Source: Tubulanus polymorphus
Taxonomy: Eukaryota > Animalia > Nemertea
Direction: 5' to 3'
Length of the DNA: 64,000 nt
Assembly: GCF_964204645.1 (NCBI RefSeq)
Contig: NC_134033.1
Location: 14,330,655-14,394,654, forward strand
Numbering within the stretch: position 1 is the stretch's first letter; each line of letters opens with the position of its first letter. The notes under the pieces are model-generated. The model was not told where the DNA came from. It worked only from the letters and a program-made list of their open reading frames with translations, and searched no databases. Positions 12,837-26,700 of the stretch are shown one piece after another. The position numbers and the translations under genes are program-made.

Positions 12837-12883
12837 ATTTCATCAAAAAGGTTATGGCTGGACCGTCTCCTGACAAGAAGTAA
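12837..12883 (+). pseudogene. Duplicated orphan copy of the ELC paralog 2 terminal exon
   Basis: Encodes (D)FIKKVMAGPSPDKK* with an F>S change. The native acceptor (tttcag) is replaced by ggtttg. A 3'UTR copy follows with AATAAA at ~13648. Confidence 0.7.
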
Positions 12884-13961
12884 GACAACAATCGAAACAA
12901 CCAAGTCAACGAAACAAATGAGAAGAGAAAAAACAACACAAACCTCCCTCCAAGTACATAGTGAACTAATTTCTGTTTTATAAGTTATTTCTTCCGTTTA
13001 AATTCAAATTTCCAATGTTTAAATATTTCAAGTTGACCAGTCTCGATCGGTCCACGGAATTTCGATGTTTCTAACGCAATCTTGAGTGATTTGTTTCCTA
13101 TTTTTTCTTGTTACGAAGGAAAGAACGTTTGAAAAGGCAATCGTGTAAGAGAACAAACAAACAAGCAAAATCTAACAAATAATTGTACGTGTTTTCGTCT
13201 TAATTCTGGATTTTTATTTTCAACTAGTAGTCAGGCTGTTCATTTGCTATAACTATTATGTAGTATTTCATCATATGTAGTATTTCTAAAGCGATATTTT
13301 GTTATATGAAATACGAATTTCGGAACATTCTGTTTCTTACAAGAATTGTGAATCGGGTCAGCCAATTCATAAATGCTGATCGGCCAGTTTGCGCCGACAT
13401 CGTTCGTATATAGGCCAATCAGAATAGACTCCTCATAACTTCCTGTCCGAAGCAGACGTTTCGATTTCCTGTATTGATTTCGTTTATATAATATACGTAT
13501 GTTGTAGTTTTCTTTTCTAATTATGTCAATGCCAGCACGTGCTTGCATATCGAATTTTATGTGATCAACGATCAATGATGAATTGCAACTATTTTCGTGA
13601 AAAACGCCCTCCGTGCACAGTGGGCGTATTGTATACAAACTAAGCTGAATAAAACCTGCAGCGAATGCCCCACGATAAATACATGATTACTTATGTTAGT
13701 TCATTTGATTAATCCAGATATTTGGAACGTTGTTTGACTTTATTTCATTATGGTCAATGGATATTTTTCCTGAAATCATAAAGGTTTGGAAATCCCTTCG
13801 AATTGGTAGAATATAGCGCTACAGTTTGAATTACAGGTCCATCTAGATAGATGATTATTTCAATCAAATGCCCAATAATCCAAGAAATTGATGTCCGATT
13901 TACGTTTTGTGTTATTATGCACAGTCTTATTTTGGCTTGTTTAATAGGACTGCAGCAACCC

Positions 13962-14930
13962 TCATTTTAAAGATGGCCCCGCGTTGCAAATTTTAACGAA
14001 CATCGTCTTAATCGTATTTCTGATTTGAGAACTAGACACCAAATATATATAGAAATTCGCCGAAAAGTTTAACACTACGATTTTATGCGTGACTTCGTAG
14101 GGAACGACGAGCGACGCTGCCCATTCCGGATTCGACATCAGATTCAGAACGACCAAATGCGGCAACATGGACGCGACGAAAAACGCGCACACAGTTATCG
14201 ACATGATGGTGACCTGTCTGGTACCGGAAGTCGACTTGGTGGAGCTTACTTCCGTCGACGACGACCGTAACGACGCCACGATGATCACGTTTGAAATGAC
14301 TAGGAACGTGATAGGAATGTAGCTCATGCAAATCGGAGCCGCGACCTCGAACGCCGTTTTTCCAGACGGGGTTATGACGCAGAGGTTTTCATCGGGTAAA
14401 TATGATATGGTCGTAAACAAAAAGCTATAGACCAAAACTAAAGTTACCAGTAGCAAGAATACGGATATCGACACTACTCGCGTAGTCCAGAATCTAGGTC
14501 CGCGGAACGGGAACCGGACAACCGACAGACGTTCGGCAGAAATCAATACCAGAACACCGGGGCTGTAACAACTAGCGATTATGACTAAGTATTCTTTCAG
14601 CACGCATGCTATCCACAACGTCGATTCGACCGTACGTACCGAGGTTAACGTATTGATGACGATACAGCTTATGAAGCCGAGCGCGGCCGCGTCGGACAAG
14701 GCGAGCGCTATGAAGAAACGACTGAAAGACATCTTCCACAGCTTGGGCGTCGACATCGTGACGACGATCATCAAATTCCCGATCACTCCTAGCACGATAA
14801 TGCTACCGGTAAATGTCATGTCAATCACGCGGTAAACATGCGGTACATCTTTATCGGGAAGAATCCTCGTCAGAATTTCGTTATAGGGTAGAACGAAGTC
14901 GGTGTGTGTCGTAGTGTTCGGGTCTTTCAT
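13962..14930 (-). CDS. Intronless class A GPCR, copy 2 (322 aa from the ATG at 14930)
   Basis: Near-identical to copy 1, with 2 visible substitutions (HAD>HTD, ESTSW>ESTLW). A possible upstream in-frame start lies at 14978. Confidence 0.92.
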   Translation of the reverse strand: MKDPNTTTHTDFVLPYNEILTRILPDKDVPHVYRVIDMTFTGSIIVLGVIGNLMIVVTMSTPKLWKMSFSRFFIALALSDAAALGFISCIVINTLTSVRTVESTLWIACVLKEYLVIIASCYSPGVLVLISAERLSVVRFPFRGPRFWTTRVVSISVFLLLVTLVLVYSFLFTTISYLPDENLCVITPSGKTAFEVAAPICMSYIPITFLVISNVIIVASLRSSSTEVSSTKSTSGTRQVTIMSITVCAFFVASMLPHLVVLNLMSNPEWAASLVVPYEVTHKIVVLNFSANFYIYLVSSSQIRNTIKTMFVKICNAGPSLK

Positions 14931-14937
14931 CGTATGA

Positions 14938-15355
14938 ACCAGAAATATCCGACGGAATCCACACCGACTTCTGATCATGCCACGCGTGCTTTAAAAAAAA
15001 AAAAATATTTTAATGATGTACCGAGGCGATTTAATGAGTGGAATATGATACGGATATGTAACCAATTCGTTGAGAAAAAAAAGTTCGAAGGTTCAAAAAT
15101 GATTATTTGTCGCTTATAAGATTATAGTGAATGTTAACACCAGAAATTTAGGACGGAATCCACACCGAATACTGAGATCATGCCACCTCGTAATGGTGCT
15201 TTTAATAAAAAAAATCAATTTTAATGATGTACCCAGGCGATTTAATGAGTGGAATATGATACGGATATGCAACCGATTTGTTCAGAAAAAAAGTTCGAAG
15301 TTTCAAAAATTATTGATTATTTCTCGCTTATGAGATTACATTGAATGTTAACACC
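14938..15355. repeat. ~200-bp local tandem duplication immediately 5' of GPCR copy 2
   Basis: The block accagaaat..gacggaatccacaccga...gaatgttaacacc occurs twice (~14938-15141 and ~15139-15355) but only once in unit 1 (~12257-12466). Confidence 0.85.
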
Positions 15356-18329
15356 TCGTGTCTTATGGAAGACTGTGGACAAGTGAAAACAGCTCCATAA
15401 ATCCCGGGTATCCATATTACGTTAGAATCTAGATCGCGTTGAAGTTAAGTCCGGTTTAATTCCTTCATGTACTAAAATAGAGGTATGGTTAGCCTGGTTT
15501 TTAAGAAGTCCTACCATTCATCACGGTCTATATTCGTTTAGCTTGTATCGCGTCCATGTAGAGATTCACAGTAATACAACAAACCCAAAGTAAAAAATTC
15601 CAATCTGAAACAGCAAAATAAACCAACAAAACATAATGAGCTACTGAAACGTACTAATCCGTACAAAATATGAATAAGATAATTCCCACACTTGAGGACT
15701 AAAAGTTTAAGAAAATTGAAGGGTTATCGCGACATTTAGTTGTTTTTTTATATTTCTGAAAGGTTACGTAGCTTGACGAGCTGCATCGCCACGGATACCA
15801 CGATTCAGCTTAGATGAAATGTGATCGCAGCGGTCATTGTCCTAAGCGTATCTGATTCGTGCTATAGGATGATGGCATTACCGCGTGTACCGGAGTAGAA
15901 CGTCGACACACTTCCCGGTTACGACGTAAGGCCACTTAGGTCGAGTGGATATGACGGAAACGGCTGCGGAATACCGGCAGGGCCGTCTAACTCGGATAAC
16001 CGAAGTTCGCCCAGGTCGTCGAGATCCCAGTTGCTTCGCTATCGATCGTGTCGCAGCCCGACGTAAGCTTTAATCATAACTGCCAGTCACAATCAGTCAC
16101 AATCATCAACCTTCAAATACGGGATTAACCTCGGGTTCTGTTCCCTCATTCATGAACCCTTTCACAATCGCGGTGATGTAGTGACCACCGAGTTCTAGCT
16201 GTCAGCTACTACTGCTGCTGCTGCAAAAAAAAATCAGTTTCAAACATTTGCGGTTGTTAAAAATAACGCAATCAGAACAACTTATAAACTACATATAGGC
16301 TTGTCTCTGCTGTCTGAATATATCATTCATATTATACACAACTCCCGACAGCGTGACATCAAAACAAGTGCCAATAAATACAGATAATTACACGTTATTA
16401 CACTTTATGTAACGGTACCTCGAGATAACGAGGTACTGGGCTAAACGTAGTTTTTGTTAACCGTTAGATTTTTAAGCAATAATTTCAAATTATATATACA
16501 CAGCAACACATTGAGATACGCTACATTTCTGAGGATGGGTCTTAGAGGTGCTGTAGCAGAAATAATTTGTTGATGAAAAAAGAAACGGACGGACGCTTAT
16601 CATACCAATCTACCTGTTCCTAGGGGCGGATCCAGAGGGATTTGTGAGGCTTGTACGAGTTGATCAAATCTTTTTCGAGCGCCCTTTTCTATTTTGGAAA
16701 TTAAGATAACTGGTGCATTTCAGTGCAGGTGTTACACATGATATTGCCATTTTGGACATCAAAATGCCCTTTTGGGACGCGATAATTCCTTAGAAATTGG
16801 CCTCTGAATCAGAAATGCATAGACGATTTTGAAAACTAATGCCTGACTAAAAATAAAATGACTTCTAAAATTATACTGAAATCAAGCTTTTGTTCAGATA
16901 AAAACAAGAATATTGAAAAACAACAACAAAACAATCAGTTTTTCACTGACGTTTCGACTCAATATTACGTTTATCCTTTTCCAGAGATTCGCCGAAAAAG
17001 ATATCGATTTCGATTTCGTCACAAATTAGTTTTATATGAGATAATTTGTTAATCATAAGATTAGTTGTTTCTTACTAATCTGAAGGTCAGGTAAGGTTTC
17101 GTTATTCATAGCAACAAACAATTTCTTTTTCGTTCTTGTGACAAAATACTGTTATTATATACGAATATATATATATACTGGTTCGGATCCTTTAATAGTG
17201 CCACTTATATTTCCTTGATTGTTTCGAAATCTTTCACCAGCGTTTTTGGCCTATATTCCTTTCATCGGATCGTGTATAATTGCAAAAACACTACCAGAGA
17301 AAAGAGCCTTTTAATTTTTCGAACGAATAGTTCATATTATCTCCTATAATCCCGGCGGTAACAGAACACATTGAATCGAGTGACAGTAGTTGTATTACAG
17401 TGGATGTATTATTAGCGCTTGCATTTCTCCATAACCGAAATTTAGCCTTAATTTTGTATTTTTGCATTAATGCTTTTCCGTTGAAGACTGTTTGCTTTCG
17501 TATACAGTACCGGCTCGGAATTGGTCCCCAGACGCTCAACGAGGCTCCACCGTTTTCTCAACAGTACTCTCGTCTCGACATTTATTTCCACGTCTTATTT
17601 TACGAATTTTTTTGTTGTTGTTGAAAGTGTTTTTTCAGATCGAGAGGCCCGGTGGCGCACAGGTAGATTGGGCCCTACGCGTAGGTAATTTACAAACAAC
17701 GCCAGCGCGCAGCTGCAATTGACACATAAAATATGCAAAAACGCGTCACGCCGGTGTACTGGAAACTAGGTTAACTTATCATTATTATACGTTATTATTA
17801 TTATTAAGCTTTAGCGTGTCTTTATGGCACTCGTTTTTCGGCGTTGAATAGCGAGAGAGGGACAGCGAATTACTGTCGCGACGTCACTAGCTGTACTCGA
17901 CGCGGTAGACGCCTCGCTGCGTGAAATCTGACCTCTCATCTGCTGTGTGTCAGTCGGACTGTATTCGGCTCGCACCTGAGCGTCACCGTGAAACTCTTCG
18001 GCGCGGTTACCGATTCCGAGGGCGTGTTCGTTCGAATTGCGGTGGTTTTTGGCAGTGATTTTTGCGACGACGGCAGCTAGCGAACATGACGCCGAAATAA
18101 TAAGCGCCGGCTTGGTTTATATTCAACCGCGTTACCTAACAGATTGGTTGTTTTACGCAGAGGCTTTTTGGTATCATCTGTGAATTAAAAAAAAACAAAC
18201 AAACAAAAACAAACGAGTTCACTTCAAGATTGACGGGATTTATATCTTCAAATATATCTAGCAGGATATGCGCAAATCCGAGCTGGTCTGAAAGGAGCAA
18301 CGTTTTTTTCCAGATCTGCAAAAGACAAT

Positions 18330-20746
18330 ATGAAGCCTATCATATCGGGCGGTGCTAGTGTCTCCCCCTGGCTTCTACTGGTCGTATTAATTTGTATCGC
18401 GCAATATGGTAAGTTGGGGTGAATCTCAATGAAGATAACAAAAACGCAGGTGTCTCCCTGAGGTCGAGTGTACCGTTGAATGTGCTTTGAATACGTTGAC
18501 ATCATTGGGAAGCCAATGAAAAACGAGATTTGAAGTAAATTGCCCGATTGATTTTAGAAATATACATGACCGGTTGTTTATAGAAAATTAGCGAGCCCTC
18601 CACATGGGACGGGTCGCCAGATTTCGGTGTATTGTTTTTCATTATGTTCTAAGCACCTGCCTGCCGGTGTTTATGAATATGCAAAAAATAACCGTTAGTC
18701 CAAAGTTCAAAAACGGGACAGTGACTTTTCATTCAGCTAGCCCATTCAAGGCTAGGCATTTTAACGGCTGAAATAGAATGAAAAAACGATTTATTTGAGT
18801 AACTCCGAAAGAGATCAAACACCGTCAGTGGCGATCTTTAGAAATATACACAAATCGTCTTAATTTGTTGAGTCCAGACTTATATACAAATACAATATCA
18901 AGGATCACCCTAGAGATCATCGTCACCTGACGATGATCTCTAGGGTGAGATCGAAACGTCGTATATTCTATATATTTTAGATTGAATAAATAAGTTCTTG
19001 TTTTTAAATTCTTTTAATCTGTAGATTGTGGGTTTTTATCTTATTATCCGTTCACCACGTTTGAGTGTGGTTATCGTTCTATTAAGGAAACGGCGAAATC
19101 TCTTGACCAATTTGCTTCGTTCGAATACTTTTCTTTTAATTTTCGTTGACACCTTTAAATCATATTTCTATAATTTGATTTAGGATCCACTGGGAAGTAT
19201 ATCATTTATAACGACGCTTGCTTTTGAATGGTATCATTTCGACGTGATTTGTGCAGTTATTGTCCCGCGCGCCTATTCACTCGGCGCTGCCAGTTTATAA
19301 ATAAATTTAAAAAAAAGATCTCGCGATTGTCACTTTTTTCAATTCATATCATATATACAAAATATGTGCCTGTACAAAATAACTACGGGGGGCTACGCAT
19401 GAATATTTCGGTGTCAAGTTTTCAACTATTGCACAGCGCCACACAACACTGAAGTGTCCTTCGTGAACGCCTAAAATAACCGCCCGATGTCAACTCGATA
19501 ATTAGCGTTTGTTTATTTGCTGCAATATCTGTTTAAATTCGGTTGAAGCGAATATTTCGCTAATTAATGCTTTAATAATCGACGTGACTTGAATATATAT
19601 ACCTATAGAACCTATACGAACTGAGGACCCAGTTTCATAGCAATAGCGGTGGTGGAAAACTATGAAACGGGTTTTCAATTGTTCGCCATTGACTTTTTAA
19701 CTCGAGGAATTGAATTGTTGCTTCCAGTTGCACCGAATCTCCAAAAGTGAAACGTAGTAATTGAGAGTTCGAGTCCCGAATTTCAAGCTCCCTGTTCTTG
19801 CACACCTGCCATTCACAATACGGTGCAAAATATATCTTGAGAAAGAGTGCTCGTTCATGAAACCCAACTTGTAATACGAAGCGGGAAATAGAACAATGAA
19901 TGAGGAGAATAATAAGCAATAGATTTATATGTTTAAACTCGTACGCATTATGTATCACTGACATACTAGTTGACTATTACTAAAAACAATTAGTCTAGTT
20001 CTTACCAATCTGTTGCGTTTATATAGTCAATTATTTAGCTCGGTGTTAAACTTGAAACTGCTGATACAGGTTCGGAATTATTCACATCTTGAAGTTACGT
20101 AGTTGTCTTCAGTCTGGATTTTGGATATACACAATCCTTAACCCACGTCAGCACCGGCATTAGGTTTGATGTGGATTCTGCCCCACTCATCGGGCGCCAC
20201 TTAGGACGTTCGAGGTTCCCCAAAACAACTGAATACCACTCAGGCAGTATCGGCAGGTCCTTGGTTTTTTCTCCAAGCGCCATGCAGGGTATAATATGTT
20301 CAACACGCTCAGGGTTCCATAACTATATGATTACAACTTAGGGCAGTATGATTAAGCAGACACAATAATGTTTCTTTTCCCACTTCCACTCGGATTCAAA
20401 TCCAAGACTTTCTGGTTTGACGGGGGACCTGTGACCGATTTGTTAAAACCACTCCATCCTCTTTGTTTCAAATGGTATTAATCTTATAAATACGGCGGCT
20501 GGTTGCACAGTCGTGTCTGCACAGGTCCAAAAGTGGTCTTAAATCTTAAGACTGGTCTTAAGTTGTTAGAACCAAAATGAGCTTACATTGGTCTTAAGTT
20601 GCTAGATTAGCTATTGGTCATGGACTACGTAACTGGCCCCTGGTTTGTAATGCTAGTGGCATCAAATTTTGATCATTTAAAAATCATGTAAAACGACGTA
20701 ACACCTGAGAACGTTTCTCAGTAATTATTTCTCCAACCTCCCTGTT

Positions 20747-20782
<36 letters not shown>

Positions 20783-23700
20783 GCACAATATAAAAAAAAA
20801 TATAAAATAAATATTCGTCACTCAATACGTTATAAAATATCAGACGTCGCGGACGCTGATCCTGAAATGTTGCTAAATTCCGATTACATGTTTAATAATA
20901 TACGAATGAAATTTAGCGCTTTAACTGTCGAATTCCAACGCGTGTATAGTAAGTATATCAGTGATTACTAGATAGAAACAGATGGTTTCATTTTGAAACA
21001 AAATCTCTCTATAAATTCATATACGTATGAGGCCTATCTATATACGCGCATATTGGGTGTATTTAAAACGATTATTTGAAATGTAAGATGACCCTTGCGG
21101 TGAACCTGGATAAACCGTGAGGTTCTATAATGCGCCCGATGCCACGGCGCGTCGTATTGGACGTCAAACACAAGCTCGGCGATGATGACCATTTTGTAGT
21201 CGAGCGTTAGGTCTGAAATAAACCTAAGGCTAATATGAAATGATTCCTTGTTTCTCTGGTGGGTCTTTTGTAAACTAACAGTGAAATGATATTGTAATCA
21301 TTTCATTTCTTTAGCTGCCGGGTCTGTTATTGTTAGCCTGATCGTGATTCTAAGAAAATGAATAATTATACAGGGACGGTATAATAGTTGGCCGGGTCAA
21401 CTTTTAAGCTGATCAGAAATGAGAAAAAAAGTATACGTAGTCTTGATATCTTAGGTGAAGTAAAACAGAGTTGTTGAATCTTTATATAGCATGATACTGT
21501 TTTTTTTTTAGATATAAAAACGACCATTACTTTAAAAAGGCCACAATTACAACTGATTTAACTAGATTTTTGTTTTGTTTTACTCGTTCGAGCCTACACG
21601 CGTTCGGTGCTCACTGGCATCATCGATCAACATGCCAGAAAACGTTGGATACTTGATTGGACAGCCAGACAGGTGCATACATTAGGAGTGAGGATTCTGT
21701 ATAGATGGAAAAAAATGCACAATTGCGCGTCGCATTTAGTTTGAATCTGGTCCATTTTACGCCAGTGAAATTGAACAATTTCGCTGTAATTACGAGCGTA
21801 ATTATAATGAAAGACAATCGTAGAATAGATTTCCGCACAATGCGATCACCTAAATATCAACGGTCGCGCTTTACAGCGAATCGACCTGTCACATAAAAAC
21901 TCAAGCGCTATAAACACAGCGTGCGTTTATCAATAAAACTTAAACAACCCGCCCCCAAAAATACGAGACAGAAAGCCACTAACACCGCGCGTAATGGGCA
22001 TAAATCAAAGGGTAATTTATGTTCCGAATCGTTTTCGAGTTAAACGTATCAAATGCCTTTTCAGCATCGCGAAAATGCCGACCCGAAAACCGAGCGTGAT
22101 TGCTACGTAATTGACACGAAAAAAACCTCAAGTCCAATTTTATCGTTTTTAACGTCGTATTGTACACGGTGAACTGACCTACAGAAAGTATTATACCATT
22201 GTATATTATGTAATTGATGCCTATATGCGTTTTGTCTATGTAATTATCGTCGATTTTCAACACTTTTTCGTGGCGCAGTATTATACATATATATATATAT
22301 ATATATTTCATTTTTTTTCTTTCTTAGACCCAATCATGAAGTCGATCCGTCTTGATGTTGAATTGAATTTTTCACGACGTAGATAATACGTTGTTGTTCA
22401 TTCGTATTCATTGTTCGGTCGTAATGAATATCAATTGACGTATTTCATCTGTATTAGGGGCTCCTAAAGAGAACATCGGCAGCTGTTGGCTTCGTATACG
22501 ATCGGAATAGTTTTATTTATACTGAATATAAGCATCTGAACGCGAGCCCTGGTATGACTAGTCATAACGAGCATATCAAAATCTGAAGTGCAGTATCGAA
22601 GCGCTATAAACTTGTCCCTATTGTCCTAATACGACACCTTTTTCTCAGGCGCCACTTCAAATATCTGCGCCTTGATTTTGAAGAGTTTTTCAGTAGGCCG
22701 ATTGTTTTTGGCCGCATTTTGTCGGTTTCGTAACGCAGATCCTGGCTACGTTCTGGCACCAAACACCCACGGAATAGTCGATCGAATATTCAAGTCATAC
22801 CATTTTCGTCGGGAATGTGTTATTAGTAATATGCCTATCTCTAACCCTATCGAGCTGAGGATTGCGTGAGTGGGAGGGGCTAATTATATCTATCGGTAAT
22901 TTGAGTTGCGATGTTTATTTTCAACCTTTGAGCGCCCCTTGATATTTTTGAGCCCACCTCAATGTTTGCAAATATACGAAGAGAGAGGCCCCAAATTGAA
23001 GATAAGTGACAACGCCGTCCCTGGAATGTATGCACGTGGAGTCTCGCAGTTCTCAACTACGTGCGCGCACACTAGGCTAAGCTAGGTAATTAGCAAATAT
23101 ATATCAGCAATTGAAAAAACGAAAACCAATAAATCCTCTGTTTCATTGACGATTGAGTGGCCTCTTCAAGATGAAAAAATCCGAGCCTCGGTCGAAACTT
23201 GACCCGGAATAACTTCTCTTAAATCGATCTGAAATCTAGAAATTCATCGATGATTTTTATTTTCTGATTCATTCAATTGTTATTTCGACGGAATTCAAGC
23301 CTTCGTTAGGTATGAATGCGAAGCCCACACACGCGTAATGTGTACCTACGCATTTTAGAACGAAACAGAACAAGAAAATCAATTTTAATAAATTATTTGA
23401 CACCTGCGAAAAAATGCGAGATTTGGCGTTTGGGTCGTCAAAAAATCGTTAACCCGTGTACTGAAAGTCGACAAAGAATAAAGGATTAGCGTACGAATTT
23501 TGTATACATTTTTCGGTGAGTCGAACGTAGTTTTGCAAGGTTTTAAATGCCCTCCAGACGCCCTCCAGAATTTAAACCTTTTGTTGGACAAGCTGTCTAC
23601 GACCAAATTCAGTAATTAGTAATTCTTATGGCACTACAAGTAACAATGGTGTCTTTACGCGTGTGACTGCTGGCAGGCCACAGAATGATACCTTCAACCG

Positions 23701-26700
23701 TGACAAAAATAAGAAGTCTATGAAAATATCATCAAAAGATGATAATCATGAAAATCCATATGGAAAAAATGTCACATCAGAATTTGTATTTAGTTCTAGT
23801 TAAGATAAGTGAAGAAATATGTTCGCACCAGAATCCGCAGTTTCACTAAGTGAACAGTAGATATTGGCCGAGATCTAGTCTAAATGAGATATCACACTGA
23901 AAAGGTTTGATCCTTTATTTCAGAACACTTCTTTTGTTTTGTAAATCCCACCTCTGAAATTTTAGACGATGTTATTCAAAACACCCGGTAATCTATCTCC
24001 CAACTGAAGTCATCCGGGGACAAAATAGTACATTTCAGTATATTTGTGAGTTGAAAAAGATCATTTGGTTTTTTTTATTCTTATTTAAGTCGTTCCCCTC
24101 AGTCTCGTAGAAAAGCCCTACATAGGCGTCCTAATGTAAACGTAACATATAGTATATGTTGTATGCCTGGTGTGTACGCTTCAAACCTGCAGAATATAAA
24201 CTCGAATGATATATAAATTTTTAACGCAACGAATTCTTTTCAGTATTTTTTTTTTCTTCTTCAAATCGCAATCGCTGGAATGCGCGTTCGTACGGCAGTT
24301 ATTAAATTCGCGATTATGCACAGCGCCCCACGGTATTATTATTTCAATCAATCGGCGGAACTTGAATTCGCGTTTTTTTTTTCTGGTAAAAATAGTAGTA
24401 TAAACGATTGTTCAATAGAAACCGGATTCGCGTTGTTTGCCACGACGAATACAAAGTTGTCGGATATAATGTGTTAAATATGCAAATAACGAGTCGGCGT
24501 TCAATTCATTAACCACGTATTCGTCGTGAACGACAGACAGACATTATTAAGCCCTATTGATAGACATATAAACTTCAATTGCTTACGTCTGGTCATTTTA
24601 AGTAAACAATCTACGTCGACGACACACGACGCGTGGCTAGTGGGCATGGTCGGGAAGCCACGATGACCTCATGAGGCAATTTGCATACGTCGTATTAATG
24701 TGCACAGCCTAGATATATTGGCATAGCGTATGCAAATTACCTGGATGAGGAAAACTTGTGTAGGACCAGGCACTGGCCATTTTTTTACCAGCAAAATAAC
24801 TTAATGTATCAATCAGCATCTCACGACATATGTTTGTAGATAACTTCGTAGATGCTCGAACTTTCATATGCCCGACTTCCGGTTTCACGAACAATTAATG
24901 ATATCCCTAAATCATTTAAGATTCAGCGAATTATGAAGAAATCAAAATCGATTACGGAGCCAATTTATTTTGTGAAGCTAATTCCTGATGAACCGTCGGC
25001 GTCCCTATCATTATCGTTCATTCTAATACCCGCCCAAAGCCAGCCGACCTCCAGACAATTTTGTTTTATATTCCCCAATATCTTATATTAGGATAATGGT
25101 AAACATTGTTTACTTAATAAAAGTCACAAAATTTTCGTAACCTCAATAAACATTTCTGCCGTTATATACGTTAAAGTCAATTGTTTTCAAAAGCACCGTC
25201 AGTGTAATTCAGACTGACACTGAAAATCCCGAAATATGTTCGACAAACATTTTTCAAGTGACAATGGCATTTAGTGATCTCCGATTGTCACTGTCACACG
25301 GGAACGAACCTACAGTACGTAGTAACAATGTGTTTATATATTTCAAGGCTATTCTCAGGCAGCTGCATCGAAGAACGGCGAAGACGCATCGACTGGGCCG
25401 AATGGTATCCATATTGAACTCAAACCAGGAAACCATGACACCGGTGCTGTCGATTATCGAAAGATTACGCCGAAAGAGGGCGCCGTACAAAATGCCAATA
25501 ATCTACAGTACGTGACCGTGAAGGTGACAGAATTAGTGACTCATCATTTCCACAATAAAACCCCGGATATCTTTTACACGGATGCGGCATCTTTGGAGGA
25601 TTTCCTGAGACGGACCGGGTTAAATCGGACAACGATGGCGCAACGTTTCCCATCGCAGAGCAACCGACAAAAACGACAAAATGTGCAGACCGGAGTGATA
25701 TGTAAGTGGATGATTTCATGCATGTTACTTAAGTAATCGGTTGGGATAAAAGATGCGACCGCAGTAGGTCTTTCTAACTGAGTTGGATAAGGGGTGATGC
25801 GATGATGTTGCATTCACTATAAGTGGTGAATGACAAGCAGCGGGTTCGAGTCCAGCTGGCTACTAACAGAAAATTCTTCAAAGTTTACGTCGTGAGGTTA
25901 AATGAACAATACTGTATAGGGACGGACTCGGGAAACCCAGATCCGAACGATGTACAGTAAGCAAACAAGAAAGCGATATCCATACGATAAGCTTAGTACG
26001 ACATAAGGGTAGCAAGGACGTAGATGTAAAGCAAAGGAATTCATTAGGGCATAGTGAAATAAACGATTTCAACCTTTCATCGGTAAATGCAATGATGATA
26101 TACGCGTGATACAACCACTACAGTACATACACTACCTCGAGTAAAGACTGATGCAAAAACTACAGTGTCTGCTCCTAATCTATGAGCATAAGTTAATTGC
26201 TACCGATTCCTATTTCAGCGAGTCCAAGGCTTCGTGTTTTGGCTGATCGTATTGAACGTATCGGCGACGATGTGGCATTATTCTGTAAAGCGGAAGGTAA
26301 CCCACCACCAACGCTGTCCTGGTTCCGTGAGGGAGATACAACGCCTTACGTCGCTGGTCTACAACCGGTAGGTTTTGTGCATCAGCAACATCAACAACCA
26401 GTTTACAGTTCTAGCATTATCTATGTTGCCCACTGTTCTGGCTTTTTTACGACTAGGTATATACCACCATATGGTTGGATAACCGAGGGAACCTATGGCA
26501 GACCCTCACTTGCCTCATGTAGAACCCTCAACCACCGGAGTAGCGTTGTTACAATACCCGCACTCTACCTACTTCAACTATCATCAAACTCGTCATTCGA
26601 CCGGATTTGACCCATCAGCATCATATATACGTATACTACTTTCCTGTTGAGAATAATGTTTCTATTTCACAGACGAATGACCGTATTGAAGTAAGACAAC

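Larger units (their letters stand above)
10156..15725. repeat. Tandem segmental duplication, two units (10156-12834 and 12836-15725), each with ELC last exon, 3'UTR and GPCR
   Basis: The sequence gatttcatcaaaaaggttatggctggaccg recurs at 12836, and both units end aaaattgaagggtt. The offset between the GPCR copies is 2681 bp. Confidence 0.95.
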
